Both the position numbers and the translations under genes were made by a program. DNA of 24,150 nt. Source: Candidatus Sumerlaeia bacterium. Lineage in GTDB: Bacteria; Sumerlaeota; Sumerlaeia; SLMS01. The stretch lies in assembly GCA_038208905.1 (NCBI GenBank), contig JBBQYG010000051.1, positions 1 to 24,150 of the forward strand, given 5' to 3'. Each line of letters begins with the position of its first letter. Positions within the stretch are counted from its first letter, which is position 1. Positions 9,058 through 18,231 of the stretch are shown one piece after another. The notes under the pieces were generated by a model. It saw only the letters and a list, made by a program, of their open reading frames with translations, was not told where the DNA came from and searched no databases.

Positions 9058-10950
9058 TTGGGGCACACGATTCTCTACATCCTAGCAACGCTGGCGCTCC
9101 TCGCTGGATCGATGGGGTTCGTGCGTCGATGGTTTCCCGGACGCCTGGCGGAGCGCCTTGCATGGTCCATCGCCACGGTCATGGCGGTGGCGGTGATTGA
9201 GGTCTTTGCGCTCGGGCTCTTCTGGAGGCTGTACATTCTCCCGGCGGCATTGGCTTTCGAGGCGCTTGTTGCGGGAACGCTCATCGCGACTCATTGGCGC
9301 TGGCTGGTTGAGGAGCTGAGTGAGATTGCGACCACGATGCGCGCCGCCATCGGCGGGAAATGGAGCCCGTTCGTCGCGCTATCCGTGAGCGTATCGGCGG
9401 CCGCATGGATCGCCGCGCTGGCTTTCACCTTCGAGAGTCCGGTGCCGGGGATCGACGCGGCCAGTTATCACCTGCCGATGGGCGTCCTGATCAATCACCA
9501 GCATGGGCTGGAGTACTTCGAGACGCGATGCGGCCACGTGAACGAGTTTCCAAAGAACGGTCAGATGATCTATGCCCGTGCCTTCCTTTTTGGCGGAGAC
9601 GAGCGCCACGTCCGCCCGGTGCAGTGGCTCTTCGGAATCGTTGCAGCCCTTTCCATCTACGGCTGGATGAGGAATTGGGGAGCCAGCCGCGAGATGGCGG
9701 GTAGCGCGGCGCCGCTCTTCCTACTGATGGTCCCGGTGCTGGCACAGGCGATGGTCCTGTGGGGAAGCATCGACCTGATTTTCCACGCGATGGTTATCCT
9801 AGCGCTCGCGACGTATAGCGGCATCGGCGATGACCCGCGCCAGGCGATCACGCGCGGATTGTGGGCGGCCGCGGCGGCGGGGCTTGCGATGGGGTCAAAA
9901 AGCCAGGGAATTGTGCTGGGAGGGATGGCGATGGCCTTTATCTTCCTGCGAGTTGGATTCCTGCTGAGACGCGACGCACGGCGGCTTGCCATTTTCGCCA
10001 TCGGATGCGGCAGCCTCCTCCTGCTGCTTGGCGGATATACGTTTATCCAGAACATGCTCTGGTTTGGGAATCCGCTGCAGCCAATGCGTGTTAAGGTGCT
10101 TGGCGTTACGCTGTTCAAGGGGCTCTTCAAGTCGCCCCACGACCTGATCCAGACTGAGCATTTTTCCGGAAGCCGCGACAACACGGTGGCTCTGTGGAGG
10201 TCGATGTCGATCGTCTGGCTTGGGGATTGGTCCACGCAGCGCGAGCGCCTCGGCGGATTCGGCCCGGCGTGGATTTTTGCCCTGCTGCCAGGACTGATCG
10301 CGGGGACGATTTTGTTCCTGCGGCGCAGGGACTGGATCAACGGGGCGCTGGGCCTTGCGCTCATTTTCCTGCTTTTGCGCTTTCCCGGTAGTTGGTGGGC
10401 GCGCTTTTCGATCTACCTGTTCGCGGCGGCGCTGGCATTCACCGTTGTAGTGATCACTGCCATGCCCAGAATTTTTCTCCAGAGACTTGTACTTGGATGG
10501 ACGATCCTGCTTTCGCTCGCCGGTGGCGTGGAGGCGTATTTCTTCACGCGAGCCGTGGCAATTCCCGCCGACTTACAGGCGGCACCTGGAAGCTTTCTCC
10601 ACTCGCTGGACGCGCTGCGGCGTGAGGAGGTCTATTTCGGCGACGAGCACGATCTGGAGCTCTACCGCTGGTGCCGCGACAACCTCCCCGCGGACTCGCG
10701 CCTCGTCTATTTCCATCCCTATTGGGCGGGGATGTACCACTACTACTACTACCGTCAGGACTTGAAGAACCACGTGTTTGGGATCGACGAAACGAAGACG
10801 CGAGAGGAATTTGCCGAGGCGCTGGAATCGCGCAAGGCGACGTATTTCCTGATGCAGAGCTACCTCAAGTCGGCCGAGTGGGCCGACGAGTATGGCCCGG
10901 TGCTGTTCAGGACAGGGAAGTACACCATCCATCGCTACGAGCCGAAATGA
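9058..10950 (+). CDS. Polytopic membrane protein, probable GT-C-fold glycosyltransferase (ArnT/PMT-like)
   Basis: Many hydrophobic helices, a first external loop with DAASYHLP...EFPKNGQM, AGLAMGSK, WWARFSIY, and a soluble C-terminal domain (WCRDNLPADSRL). TTG start is uncertain. Coupled to the next gene by ATGA. Confidence 0.65.
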   Translation: MGHTILYILATLALLAGSMGFVRRWFPGRLAERLAWSIATVMAVAVIEVFALGLFWRLYILPAALAFEALVAGTLIATHWRWLVEELSEIATTMRAAIGGKWSPFVALSVSVSAAAWIAALAFTFESPVPGIDAASYHLPMGVLINHQHGLEYFETRCGHVNEFPKNGQMIYARAFLFGGDERHVRPVQWLFGIVAALSIYGWMRNWGASREMAGSAAPLFLLMVPVLAQAMVLWGSIDLIFHAMVILALATYSGIGDDPRQAITRGLWAAAAAGLAMGSKSQGIVLGGMAMAFIFLRVGFLLRRDARRLAIFAIGCGSLLLLLGGYTFIQNMLWFGNPLQPMRVKVLGVTLFKGLFKSPHDLIQTEHFSGSRDNTVALWRSMSIVWLGDWSTQRERLGGFGPAWIFALLPGLIAGTILFLRRRDWINGALGLALIFLLLRFPGSWWARFSIYLFAAALAFTVVVITAMPRIFLQRLVLGWTILLSLAGGVEAYFFTRAVAIPADLQAAPGSFLHSLDALRREEVYFGDEHDLELYRWCRDNLPADSRLVYFHPYWAGMYHYYYYRQDLKNHVFGIDETKTREEFAEALESRKATYFLMQSYLKSAEWADEYGPVLFRTGKYTIHRYEPK

Positions 10951-12308
10951 CCGACCGACACGACAACGGACGCGCGTCGCTTTTTCCGGGATACGGAATC
11001 TATGCCGCGTGGCTCGTGGCGGCTGCGCTGCTACTGACGCTCGTGCAGGGCCTCATGCGCAACTATGGCGACAGTGAGCAGTTTCCCCTGACTCGGCCAG
11101 TAACCTACTCTGTCGATCCGGGCTACAACCCCTACCACGCGCTCTACAAATGGGATGCGATCTACTGGGGGGATTTCCAGCCTATCTTCGAGGCGGCGCA
11201 AGGATACCGGATCGATCCCAACTTCAAGATGTATCAGCCCGATCAGCTCAAGGCTGGCCGCGCGTCGTTTGTCTATACGCCCTTCGTGGCGATGTGCGTC
11301 CATCCGATCTCGGAAGTCCGCCGTACGCCGGAGCGCGACCTGAAGCGCGCGGCCAACAAGGTCAGCATCCTCAACCACTGGATGTGGCTTGGGACAGGTG
11401 CGATGCTCCTCCTGATCGCGACACACCGGCAGCGCATCCGCGCGCTCTTTGTCGGCGCGTTCCTGCTGCACTTCCTGCTCTACTATCCCTTCGCAACAGC
11501 GCTGCAACTGACGCAGGCAAGCATCTGGATCACGTTCTTCCTCGTGGCGTCGCTGCTGCTATTTCAGCGCGGCTGGATGGTGGCGGCAGGGATCGCACTC
11601 GCGCTGGGCGTGTCCATCAAGCCGCATCTGGTGGTGATTCCGATTCTACTGATATTCATCCCGGGATTCTCCCGGCGGATGCTGGTTGCATGCTTTGCGG
11701 GGATTGGCACCGCGGCACTGGCGTCGCTTTCCTATGCCGGGTTGCAGAACTGCCTGGACTACGGATTGAAGACGCTGCCGATTCTCTCCGCGGGATATGC
11801 GTACTATCCGAACCAGAGCATCAATGGGCTGCTGCTACGGCTGCTCCATGACTATGATCCCGCGGACTTCAACCTGGTGGCGCCGCACAGCGAGGTGAAG
11901 CTGCTGTCATCGGCCTTCGGGCTCGGGGTGCTCGGCATCTGCTATGCAATGGGTTTCAGAAGACCAGCGAAGGCCGGGCGCGCGGAGGATTTGATGATGC
12001 TCGCCCTTCTGATCGCGGCCGGCACGGTGGCATCACCGGTGTGCTGGTACCATCACCTTGCCGCCCTGACGGGCCCGATCTGCGTGGCGCTGAATCGACT
12101 ATGGAGCAATCCTGAGCAACGCACGCGCTGGACGGAGGGGCTGCTCTTCGCGAGCTATGCACTCACTGCCTACTACCTCGACACGCGCTATCTTCGCGGA
12201 TTCCCGATGGCGTTCCTGTCCGTGCTGGCGTTCTACGGCGGATTGATTCTGACGGGGCTCCTGGCGTGGTTGACGCGAGAAGGCTATCGCCGCGCGGGGA
12301 CGCCATGA
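10947..12308 (+). CDS. GT87 (DUF2029)-like membrane glycosyltransferase
   Basis: Motifs WGDF, FVYTPF, ALQLTQ, ALGVSIKPHL, NQSINGLL and SPVCWYHH match the GT87 pattern. The true start is ATG 10947, overlapping the upstream stop. Confidence 0.82.
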   Translation: MTDRHDNGRASLFPGYGIYAAWLVAAALLLTLVQGLMRNYGDSEQFPLTRPVTYSVDPGYNPYHALYKWDAIYWGDFQPIFEAAQGYRIDPNFKMYQPDQLKAGRASFVYTPFVAMCVHPISEVRRTPERDLKRAANKVSILNHWMWLGTGAMLLLIATHRQRIRALFVGAFLLHFLLYYPFATALQLTQASIWITFFLVASLLLFQRGWMVAAGIALALGVSIKPHLVVIPILLIFIPGFSRRMLVACFAGIGTAALASLSYAGLQNCLDYGLKTLPILSAGYAYYPNQSINGLLLRLLHDYDPADFNLVAPHSEVKLLSSAFGLGVLGICYAMGFRRPAKAGRAEDLMMLALLIAAGTVASPVCWYHHLAALTGPICVALNRLWSNPEQRTRWTEGLLFASYALTAYYLDTRYLRGFPMAFLSVLAFYGGLILTGLLAWLTREGYRRAGTP

Positions 12309-14017
12309 CCCTGACAATCACGCCGGCCCGCTATATGGCGATGGCGGCGCTCGCCGTCCTCGCCTGCTGCGCAATGGATATACATATTTACGAGTACCAA
12401 TACGGATTCGAGAATCATAGCATCCAGATTCCCTACCTGCTCAAGTGGCAGAATCCCGCGCTCTATCCCGGCGACCGATTGATGGCGGCGATGGACGACT
12501 ACTTCTCCTACTTCTGGCCGTTCCTGGGCTGGCTTTCGGGGATTGTACCGCTTGAGCGCTGCCTCTTCGCGGGACACGTGATCGTCCTCCTGCTGCGCTA
12601 CTCGGCGGTCTTTGCCATCGGCGCGCGGTCATTTCCCAATCATCGCTGGGTCCCATTCCTGTGCCTGTGGGTCCACCTGTGGGGAGAGACGGTGCTGGGC
12701 GGCGAATCGCTGCACTGGTACTATCTGACGCACACCACGGTGGCGGCGGCGCTTGGCCTGTGGGCCGTGTATTTTGGCGTGGCGGGCTGGTGGGTCGCCG
12801 CCTTTGGCATGGCGGGATTCATCTTCAACATCCACGCGATGCAGTCCGCGTATCTGGTACTGATGCTGGGATTGGCGGCGCTTCCGGATTTGCGCCAGCG
12901 ATGGCGCGTCCTGCTTGCGGCGGGCCTCTGCTACGCAGTGGCGGCGAGCCCCGGTATCTGGTGGATGCTGAATTCGGGCGCGCTGGGCTCTCCGACCGAT
13001 CTAGGCCCTCTCATCAGGGCATTCTATCCAGTACACTTCTTCCCTTCCGCATTCGACGTCTACATCAAGGCGGGAATCGCCCTGATGATGGTGCTCTACG
13101 TCGTCCCCGCGATGCTCCTTCCGAGAACGGGTCCCGTGGTCCGTTTGTCGCTGATGGCGCTGGCGATCATCGTGCTCTGGATCGTTGGAGGCGTCCTGCT
13201 CGAGAACTTCGATGTGGGATTCCTCATCAAGATGCACATCTATCGGGCGAGCGCCTTCTTCGCCTCGGTGGTTTTCGTCCTTGTTTCGGGATGGTATGTG
13301 ATCTGGCTGCTTCCGTCGTTGCCGCGCAGTATCAGGACGCCCGCGATGACGGTGGGGCTGGCCCTTGCGATTAACCTTGGATCGTTCAATTTCCTGCGAT
13401 ACGAGCAACTGCCAATAGGGCTTGCCGTGGCGGTCGCGGCGCTCCTGATCCTCGTAGCGATCATCGCGCGGAGCATCCCCCTGCGGGGCGTTGCGCTCGG
13501 CGCCGCAACCGCCCTGCTGCTGGTCGTTGGGATTCATCAGCAGCGCATGCGCCACCAGAACATGCATGACTACTTTTGGTGGCTGGGCCAGTGGGTTGAG
13601 GCCCAGAAGTGGGCGCAAGAAAACAGCGAGCCCGGCGACCTGTTCCTGACGCCGCCGGATATGAGCGGGTTCCGCGTCTTTTCCCAGCGCCCCGTCGTCT
13701 TCGAGTGGTTTGATGGCGCTGCAATGCTCTGGGACGCGGGCTATGCGGACTATTGGCGTGGATGGTATCTCAGGATCGGCGCGAAGTTTCGCGGCCGGTA
13801 CGATGACTCGGCTTACGTGCGCCTCGGCGATATCTGGGGCGCAAAGTCGCGGGCCGAGATCGAGGCGATCGCCCGGAGCGAGGGCGCACGCTACATTGTG
13901 GCGCGTCCGCCCCACCGCTTCGCGAACGACCACCGGCCCAGCGATGAGTGGGCAGAGGGAAAACTCTTCGACAACGGTTCCTTCTTCATCGTGCGCGTGC
14001 CCGGAGCGCCCCCATAA
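12305..14017 (+). CDS. Polytopic membrane protein with a DUF6798-like C-terminal domain (putative GT-C-like)
   Basis: N-terminal loop YQYGFENHSIQIP...NPALYPGD, many TM helices, and C-terminal WVEAQKWAQENSEPGDLFLTPPDMSGFRVFSQRPVVFEWFDG. The ATG at 12305 overlaps the upstream TGA. Confidence 0.65.
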   Translation: MTLTITPARYMAMAALAVLACCAMDIHIYEYQYGFENHSIQIPYLLKWQNPALYPGDRLMAAMDDYFSYFWPFLGWLSGIVPLERCLFAGHVIVLLLRYSAVFAIGARSFPNHRWVPFLCLWVHLWGETVLGGESLHWYYLTHTTVAAALGLWAVYFGVAGWWVAAFGMAGFIFNIHAMQSAYLVLMLGLAALPDLRQRWRVLLAAGLCYAVAASPGIWWMLNSGALGSPTDLGPLIRAFYPVHFFPSAFDVYIKAGIALMMVLYVVPAMLLPRTGPVVRLSLMALAIIVLWIVGGVLLENFDVGFLIKMHIYRASAFFASVVFVLVSGWYVIWLLPSLPRSIRTPAMTVGLALAINLGSFNFLRYEQLPIGLAVAVAALLILVAIIARSIPLRGVALGAATALLLVVGIHQQRMRHQNMHDYFWWLGQWVEAQKWAQENSEPGDLFLTPPDMSGFRVFSQRPVVFEWFDGAAMLWDAGYADYWRGWYLRIGAKFRGRYDDSAYVRLGDIWGAKSRAEIEAIARSEGARYIVARPPHRFANDHRPSDEWAEGKLFDNGSFFIVRVPGAPP

Positions 14018-14023
14018 GCCCCG

Positions 14024-14995
14024 CTAGTCGGACTTCCAACGTTCTTCCTTGTCGCCGTAGATGTCCTCGACATCGGCCTCGGTGAGGCTCTCCTCCCAGG
14101 GCTCGCGCTCTTCGTCATAGCGGCTCATGCGCTCGGCGCGGCTCGCGCGGACACGAAGGTAGGCGACGATAAAGAGAATTGCTGCCAGAAGGAGAATGGT
14201 TCCGGTACCAGAGGACACAATTACCGCCGAGGAGACGCGGGATCCGAGCGAGAACTCGGTGGCATCCTGCCACCCCTCCACGCGGTACGCATCCCAAAAA
14301 TCGCGTGCGAGGTCGGGTCCGCGAACTGGATCTGAAAGTTGGTGGACAAGGCGGCGGATGTCGCCGGGGCGATCACCGAAATTCGAAGCGACCACGCCGA
14401 CCGCCGCATAGCTCATACGGTAGGAGAGCGCCTGCGCGTGGGGGGTGCGGGGGAACTCGGTGGAAAGGTCGCTCAGCCGCGGCAGCCTGCCGAGCATGTG
14501 GGACACCAGCAGGCCCAAGTGGTCATCGTAGGACCACTGTCCAGCCAGGTGCATCACTATCCCCTCGTTGGCCCAGAGTGGGAGCTCGCGCCCACCGGCG
14601 AGGGACCCGAGGAGGATGTGGCCGCATTCGTGGGTCATCGTCGCCTGGCGCTCCGCGGGCGTGGCGCGGGCCCAAGCGGCCCCGTTGATCCAGATGGTCA
14701 TTGTGGAGGGCGACGCGGCGGCGGCGGTATGCTCGGGCTGGAACCCGGTCTTTTCCCGATACAGCTCCGCATCGGCCCACACGATCAGGAGCGTCCCCTC
14801 CCAGTCGCGGTCGGTGCGGGCGCGGATAACTTGACGCGCCCGGGCGGCTTGGCTGCGCAGCTCATCGTGGAGTGCGGGCCGATCGTCGAGTTCAACGATG
14901 CGGAATGGCTCGGGTGGGTCGCCCGCCGCCGCGGAGGCGAACAAAAGCAGAAAGATGGCGCAAAAAGGGGCGATGACGCGGAGGAAGGTTCTCAT
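14024..14995 (-). CDS. Membrane-anchored clan MA zinc metallopeptidase (Peptidase_MA-like)
   Basis: Signal peptide (MRTFLR...ASAAA), HEXXH (THECGH), the downstream third-ligand motif LPLWANEG, a C-terminal TM helix (ILLLAAILFIVAYL) and an acidic tail. GAGG precedes ATG 14995. Confidence 0.82.
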   Translation of the reverse strand: MRTFLRVIAPFCAIFLLLFASAAAGDPPEPFRIVELDDRPALHDELRSQAARARQVIRARTDRDWEGTLLIVWADAELYREKTGFQPEHTAAAASPSTMTIWINGAAWARATPAERQATMTHECGHILLGSLAGGRELPLWANEGIVMHLAGQWSYDDHLGLLVSHMLGRLPRLSDLSTEFPRTPHAQALSYRMSYAAVGVVASNFGDRPGDIRRLVHQLSDPVRGPDLARDFWDAYRVEGWQDATEFSLGSRVSSAVIVSSGTGTILLLAAILFIVAYLRVRASRAERMSRYDEEREPWEESLTEADVEDIYGDKEERWKSD

Positions 14996-15025
14996 GCCAT
15001 CCTCACTCTGCAAGGCGGGGGCCGG

Positions 15026-16537
15026 TTAAAGGATGCGGGAGAGGGCGCGCGGGTCGATTTCCTGGTAGGTGCCGTGGTGCGTCGCCAGCAAGGCGTTGAA
15101 AGCGATGCTTCGCTCCTCCGACTCGAACTCGAATCCGATCAACGCGCGGCCCACGCGCTCCCCCGTATAGACATAGTTGAAGTAGCACACGTTGGCGGTG
15201 CCGCGGATGTGGTGGAGAAAGTCGCGGAGGGCGCCCGCGCGCTCGGGGAATTCGAGTCGGATGAAGCGCGGCGCGCGGAAAAGTTCCGACTTGTAGTGGA
15301 TCAGCCGGAACTCCACATCCTCCTGAGACGTGACGTCGGCAAAGGGAATTCCCTGCTCGGCGCAACGGCGCTCAAGGAGCGCGAAACCCGGCGGTGGCAG
15401 CTCCAGCCCAAGAACCGGAAAGGCGCGCGTCTCGTCGGTCTTGCCATACTGGAACTCGATAATGTTCGCGCCGTCGCAGATCGATTCGAGCAGGGAGACG
15501 AGGGCGCCCGGCCGCTCGCCGATCTCGAAACGGTAGTAGCGCCTGCGGCTGGCGCCGATCCCCGCGTGGCGCGCGATCCACGGGAGCTGGCCAAAGTCCA
15601 CATTGGCCCCGCAGAGAACGACCAGCGCGCGGCGCCCCTTCGCGTACTCGGGATACTTCAGCAGCCCCGCAAGGCCCATCGCGCCGGAGGGCTCGGCAAG
15701 GCAGCGGGCGCCCTCCCACAGTGCCTGGATCGCGGCACAGACTTGCTCGTTTGTCACCGTCACGAACTCGTCGATCAAGTCCCGGCAGAGTGGAAACGTC
15801 AGGTCGCCGGCACGCTTCACCGCGGTGCCGTCGCAGAACACATCCACGTAGTCGAGCGTCACAGGCCTCCCGGCCGCGACGGCGGCTTTCATCGACGCCT
15901 GGTGCACTCCCTCCACGCCGACGATTCGGATTCCGGGGAAGTAGTACTTGAGCCAGCAGGCGACGGCGGCGGCCATTCCTCCCCCGCCGATCTGGAGAAA
16001 AGCGATATCGAAGGGCCCGTGGCCGGACATCACCACTTCGTCGGCGAGGGTTCCCTGCCCGCCCATCGTGTAGTAGTCGTCGTAGGGGTGGACGTATATA
16101 CCACCGTCGGACTTCAGCGCTTCCTTGGCGGCGGCGGAGGCATCGTCATAGCTGTCGCCGACGAGGACGACATCGACGTTGTCCCCACCGTGTGCGCGCA
16201 CGGCGGACTGCTTGGTTCGCGGCGTGGAGAGCGGCATGTAGATGCGCGCCTGAATCCCCATGCGGCGCGCGGCGAGGGCAACGCCCTGAGCATGATTTCC
16301 AGCCGACGCGGCCACAACGCCGCGTGCGCGCTCCTCGTCCGAAAGAACCGCCATGCGATTGTATGCGCCGCGCCACTTGTAGGAATTCACCGCGGAGAGG
16401 TCCTCGCGCTTCACGAAGACTTCGGCATCCATGGAGAGGGGCAGGCGCTCCGTGGGGGTGGGGCTTCCGCCGGAATAGATGCGGCGGCGCGCGTTCAGTA
16501 TCTCGCGGAAAAGGCGCTCTCTTGGCTCGCTACTCAT
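15026..16537 (-). CDS. ilvA: Threonine ammonia-lyase (biosynthetic threonine dehydratase)
   Basis: PLP-lysine motif KREDL..VNSYKWRGAYN, ASAGNHAQGVA, HPYDD, GGQGT, IGGGG and EPSGA, plus two C-terminal regulatory repeats (IGERPGAL, FPERAGAL). Confidence 0.92.
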   Translation of the reverse strand: MSSEPRERLFREILNARRRIYSGGSPTPTERLPLSMDAEVFVKREDLSAVNSYKWRGAYNRMAVLSDEERARGVVAASAGNHAQGVALAARRMGIQARIYMPLSTPRTKQSAVRAHGGDNVDVVLVGDSYDDASAAAKEALKSDGGIYVHPYDDYYTMGGQGTLADEVVMSGHGPFDIAFLQIGGGGMAAAVACWLKYYFPGIRIVGVEGVHQASMKAAVAAGRPVTLDYVDVFCDGTAVKRAGDLTFPLCRDLIDEFVTVTNEQVCAAIQALWEGARCLAEPSGAMGLAGLLKYPEYAKGRRALVVLCGANVDFGQLPWIARHAGIGASRRRYYRFEIGERPGALVSLLESICDGANIIEFQYGKTDETRAFPVLGLELPPPGFALLERRCAEQGIPFADVTSQEDVEFRLIHYKSELFRAPRFIRLEFPERAGALRDFLHHIRGTANVCYFNYVYTGERVGRALIGFEFESEERSIAFNALLATHHGTYQEIDPRALSRIL

Positions 16538-16589
16538 GTCGTCAAGGGGAGCGTGGCAGGGCGCGGTGGGAAACGGAAATCGGGGGCAG

Positions 16590-17429
16590 TCATCCGGCGA
16601 CGGCCTCCAGCGGCGCCGCGACCCGAAGGGGCGGTGACCCCGCGGGAAGCAGACCGGCGGCGATCAGCTTCACGCGAAACAGGTCGATGGCGCGCAGCTC
16701 CCGCTCCCCCAGGCCGTAGCGTATATTCTCCGATAGGTAGCGCCTCATGGCCTCCGCGCCGCCGTGCGCCACAAGTGATGCGGCGGGAACTTGCTCGACA
16801 ATTTCGGTCACAGCGGCTTCGCCTTGGATCCGCGCCACCACAAAGGCAGATGCCTCGGACTGCGAGAGCGCCAGGCCGGCGCGAACCGTCCATGCCGCAT
16901 AGACAAAGGGGAGGCCGGTCAGTTCCCTCCATGCGCTGCCAAGGTCGAGGCGATACGGGAAGTCCTTCTCCCACCGCAGCGCCGTGTCGCCGATGACAAG
17001 GAAGGCATCCTGCGGTGCGCCATGCCAATCGAAGTCCGGCGTGAAGGGAGCATCGGATACGGCGTACTCGGGAGAAACCCCGAGGTACTCCCTCGCCACC
17101 ACGCGCACCAGGTTCGCACTGCTAAGGGAGGCGCGATCGAGCAGGATGTTGGTGACTTCAGATGGGCGAACCTTGGAGAAGAGGGAGACACTGCGCACGG
17201 GACCGTCGCTCCCAATCGCGGCGCCCGGTACGATGGCGTATTCCGCCGCGCACCGCAGGCTTTCGAAGATGGAAACAGCGGCGACATCGATCTTTCCGAT
17301 GGCAAGCATCCCTGCCAGATCTCGGGGAGTGCCGCTGATCCAGCGGTCTGGCAAAAAGAATCGATCCAGCCCTTGAATAAGGGGGAGCATATTGTAGTAG
17401 GGAACAATGCCGAGGGTGAGGGGGCGCAT
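16590..17429 (-). CDS. mqnA: Chorismate dehydratase (futalosine menaquinone pathway)
   Basis: Motifs IVPYYNMLPL, GTPRDL, AIGSDGPVRSVSLFS, LDRASLSS, LVIGDTAL and DLGSAWRELTGLPFVYAAW. AGGA ribosome-binding site before ATG 17429. Confidence 0.88.
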   Translation of the reverse strand: MRPLTLGIVPYYNMLPLIQGLDRFFLPDRWISGTPRDLAGMLAIGKIDVAAVSIFESLRCAAEYAIVPGAAIGSDGPVRSVSLFSKVRPSEVTNILLDRASLSSANLVRVVAREYLGVSPEYAVSDAPFTPDFDWHGAPQDAFLVIGDTALRWEKDFPYRLDLGSAWRELTGLPFVYAAWTVRAGLALSQSEASAFVVARIQGEAAVTEIVEQVPAASLVAHGGAEAMRRYLSENIRYGLGERELRAIDLFRVKLIAAGLLPAGSPPLRVAAPLEAVAG

Positions 17430-17544
17430 GATTTTCCTGTAAACCGTGGTACGGCAGGACTTCATCCCATCGCCATCGTAGGGAGCAAGGGAAGGGCCGA
17501 CCCTGCAGATTGGTTAGTTTGTTTGGAAAACTATCAATTGGGTC

Positions 17545-17573
17545 TTGCGGTGTCGCATCGCACTCGGCACAAT
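17545..17573 (+). promoter_or_regulatory. Candidate sigma70-type promoter for the DUF1579 gene
   Basis: TTGCGG (17545-17550), a 17-nt spacer and CACAAT (17568-17573), about 60 nt upstream of ATG 17634 in a divergent intergenic region. Confidence 0.35.
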
Positions 17574-17633
17574 AACCGCTGATCAAAGCAGTGCAAATCC
17601 CCTTCTGGGGCAACAGGTCATAGGGAGAACTCC

Positions 17634-18224
17634 ATGTTCGACGACGATCCGGAACCATTCGAGCTACCCGCCCAAGCGACCGGGCCCCGCACGTTGCCCT
17701 CGATTAACGAGCTGTGGGCCACCCATGCGGCGAACACAAGCTTGGGAAAGGGACACGGGGTACTGGAGCGATTCGCGGGGCGCTGGAGACTGCGCGCCAG
17801 CTACGACCAGCATGGCTACGGGCCAGCCATGGTGGCGGAGGGCATTGCCGTCAATCGCATGGCACTCAACGGGCACTACCTGTCGATGCGACTTTCCTGC
17901 GATATTCCCCAGGGTAGGTATGAGGGAATCGGGTTGTACGGGTACAGCTCCCAGCTGGGGAAGTTCACTTTCGCGCTCTACGACAACGTCGGGGTTTGGC
18001 CGAATCTAACGGAGGGGGTCTGGGACGAATCGATCCTCTCGATCATGGAGACGGGCATGTTCGTCAACGCGATGTTCGGGACAGTTCACCCGGTGCGTGC
18101 CCGGCTGACGTTCGTGAATAGCGACCTCGTGATCTACTCGCGCGAGGTCCCAGACCCCGATTCCGAAGGCAACATGGTCCGCGATCTGGAGATGCGCTAT
18201 GAGCGGATTGAGGATACCGAGTAG
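17634..18224 (+). CDS. DUF1579-like beta-barrel protein
   Basis: Pattern HGVLERFAGRW...MALNGHYL...YEGIGLYGY...KFTFALYDN...MRYER. GGGAG ribosome-binding site upstream. Confidence 0.72.
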   Translation: MFDDDPEPFELPAQATGPRTLPSINELWATHAANTSLGKGHGVLERFAGRWRLRASYDQHGYGPAMVAEGIAVNRMALNGHYLSMRLSCDIPQGRYEGIGLYGYSSQLGKFTFALYDNVGVWPNLTEGVWDESILSIMETGMFVNAMFGTVHPVRARLTFVNSDLVIYSREVPDPDSEGNMVRDLEMRYERIEDTE

Positions 18225-18231
18225 GATGTGC

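Noticed and set aside
10735..10752. TAC trinucleotide run
   Set aside because: It is in frame and encodes YHYYYY. It is too short for a contingency repeat and would not shift the frame.
10671..10946. Long N-terminal extensions in the ORF track (also at 6190, 12266, 17465 and 19260)
   Set aside because: They overlap neighbouring genes or precede better starts that have ATGA coupling or ribosome-binding sites.
14339..16996. 885-aa + strand ORF
   Set aside because: It is the antisense shadow of ilvA, the peptidase and mqnA. It has no motifs and an Arg/Gly/Ala-rich composition typical of GC-rich reverse frames.
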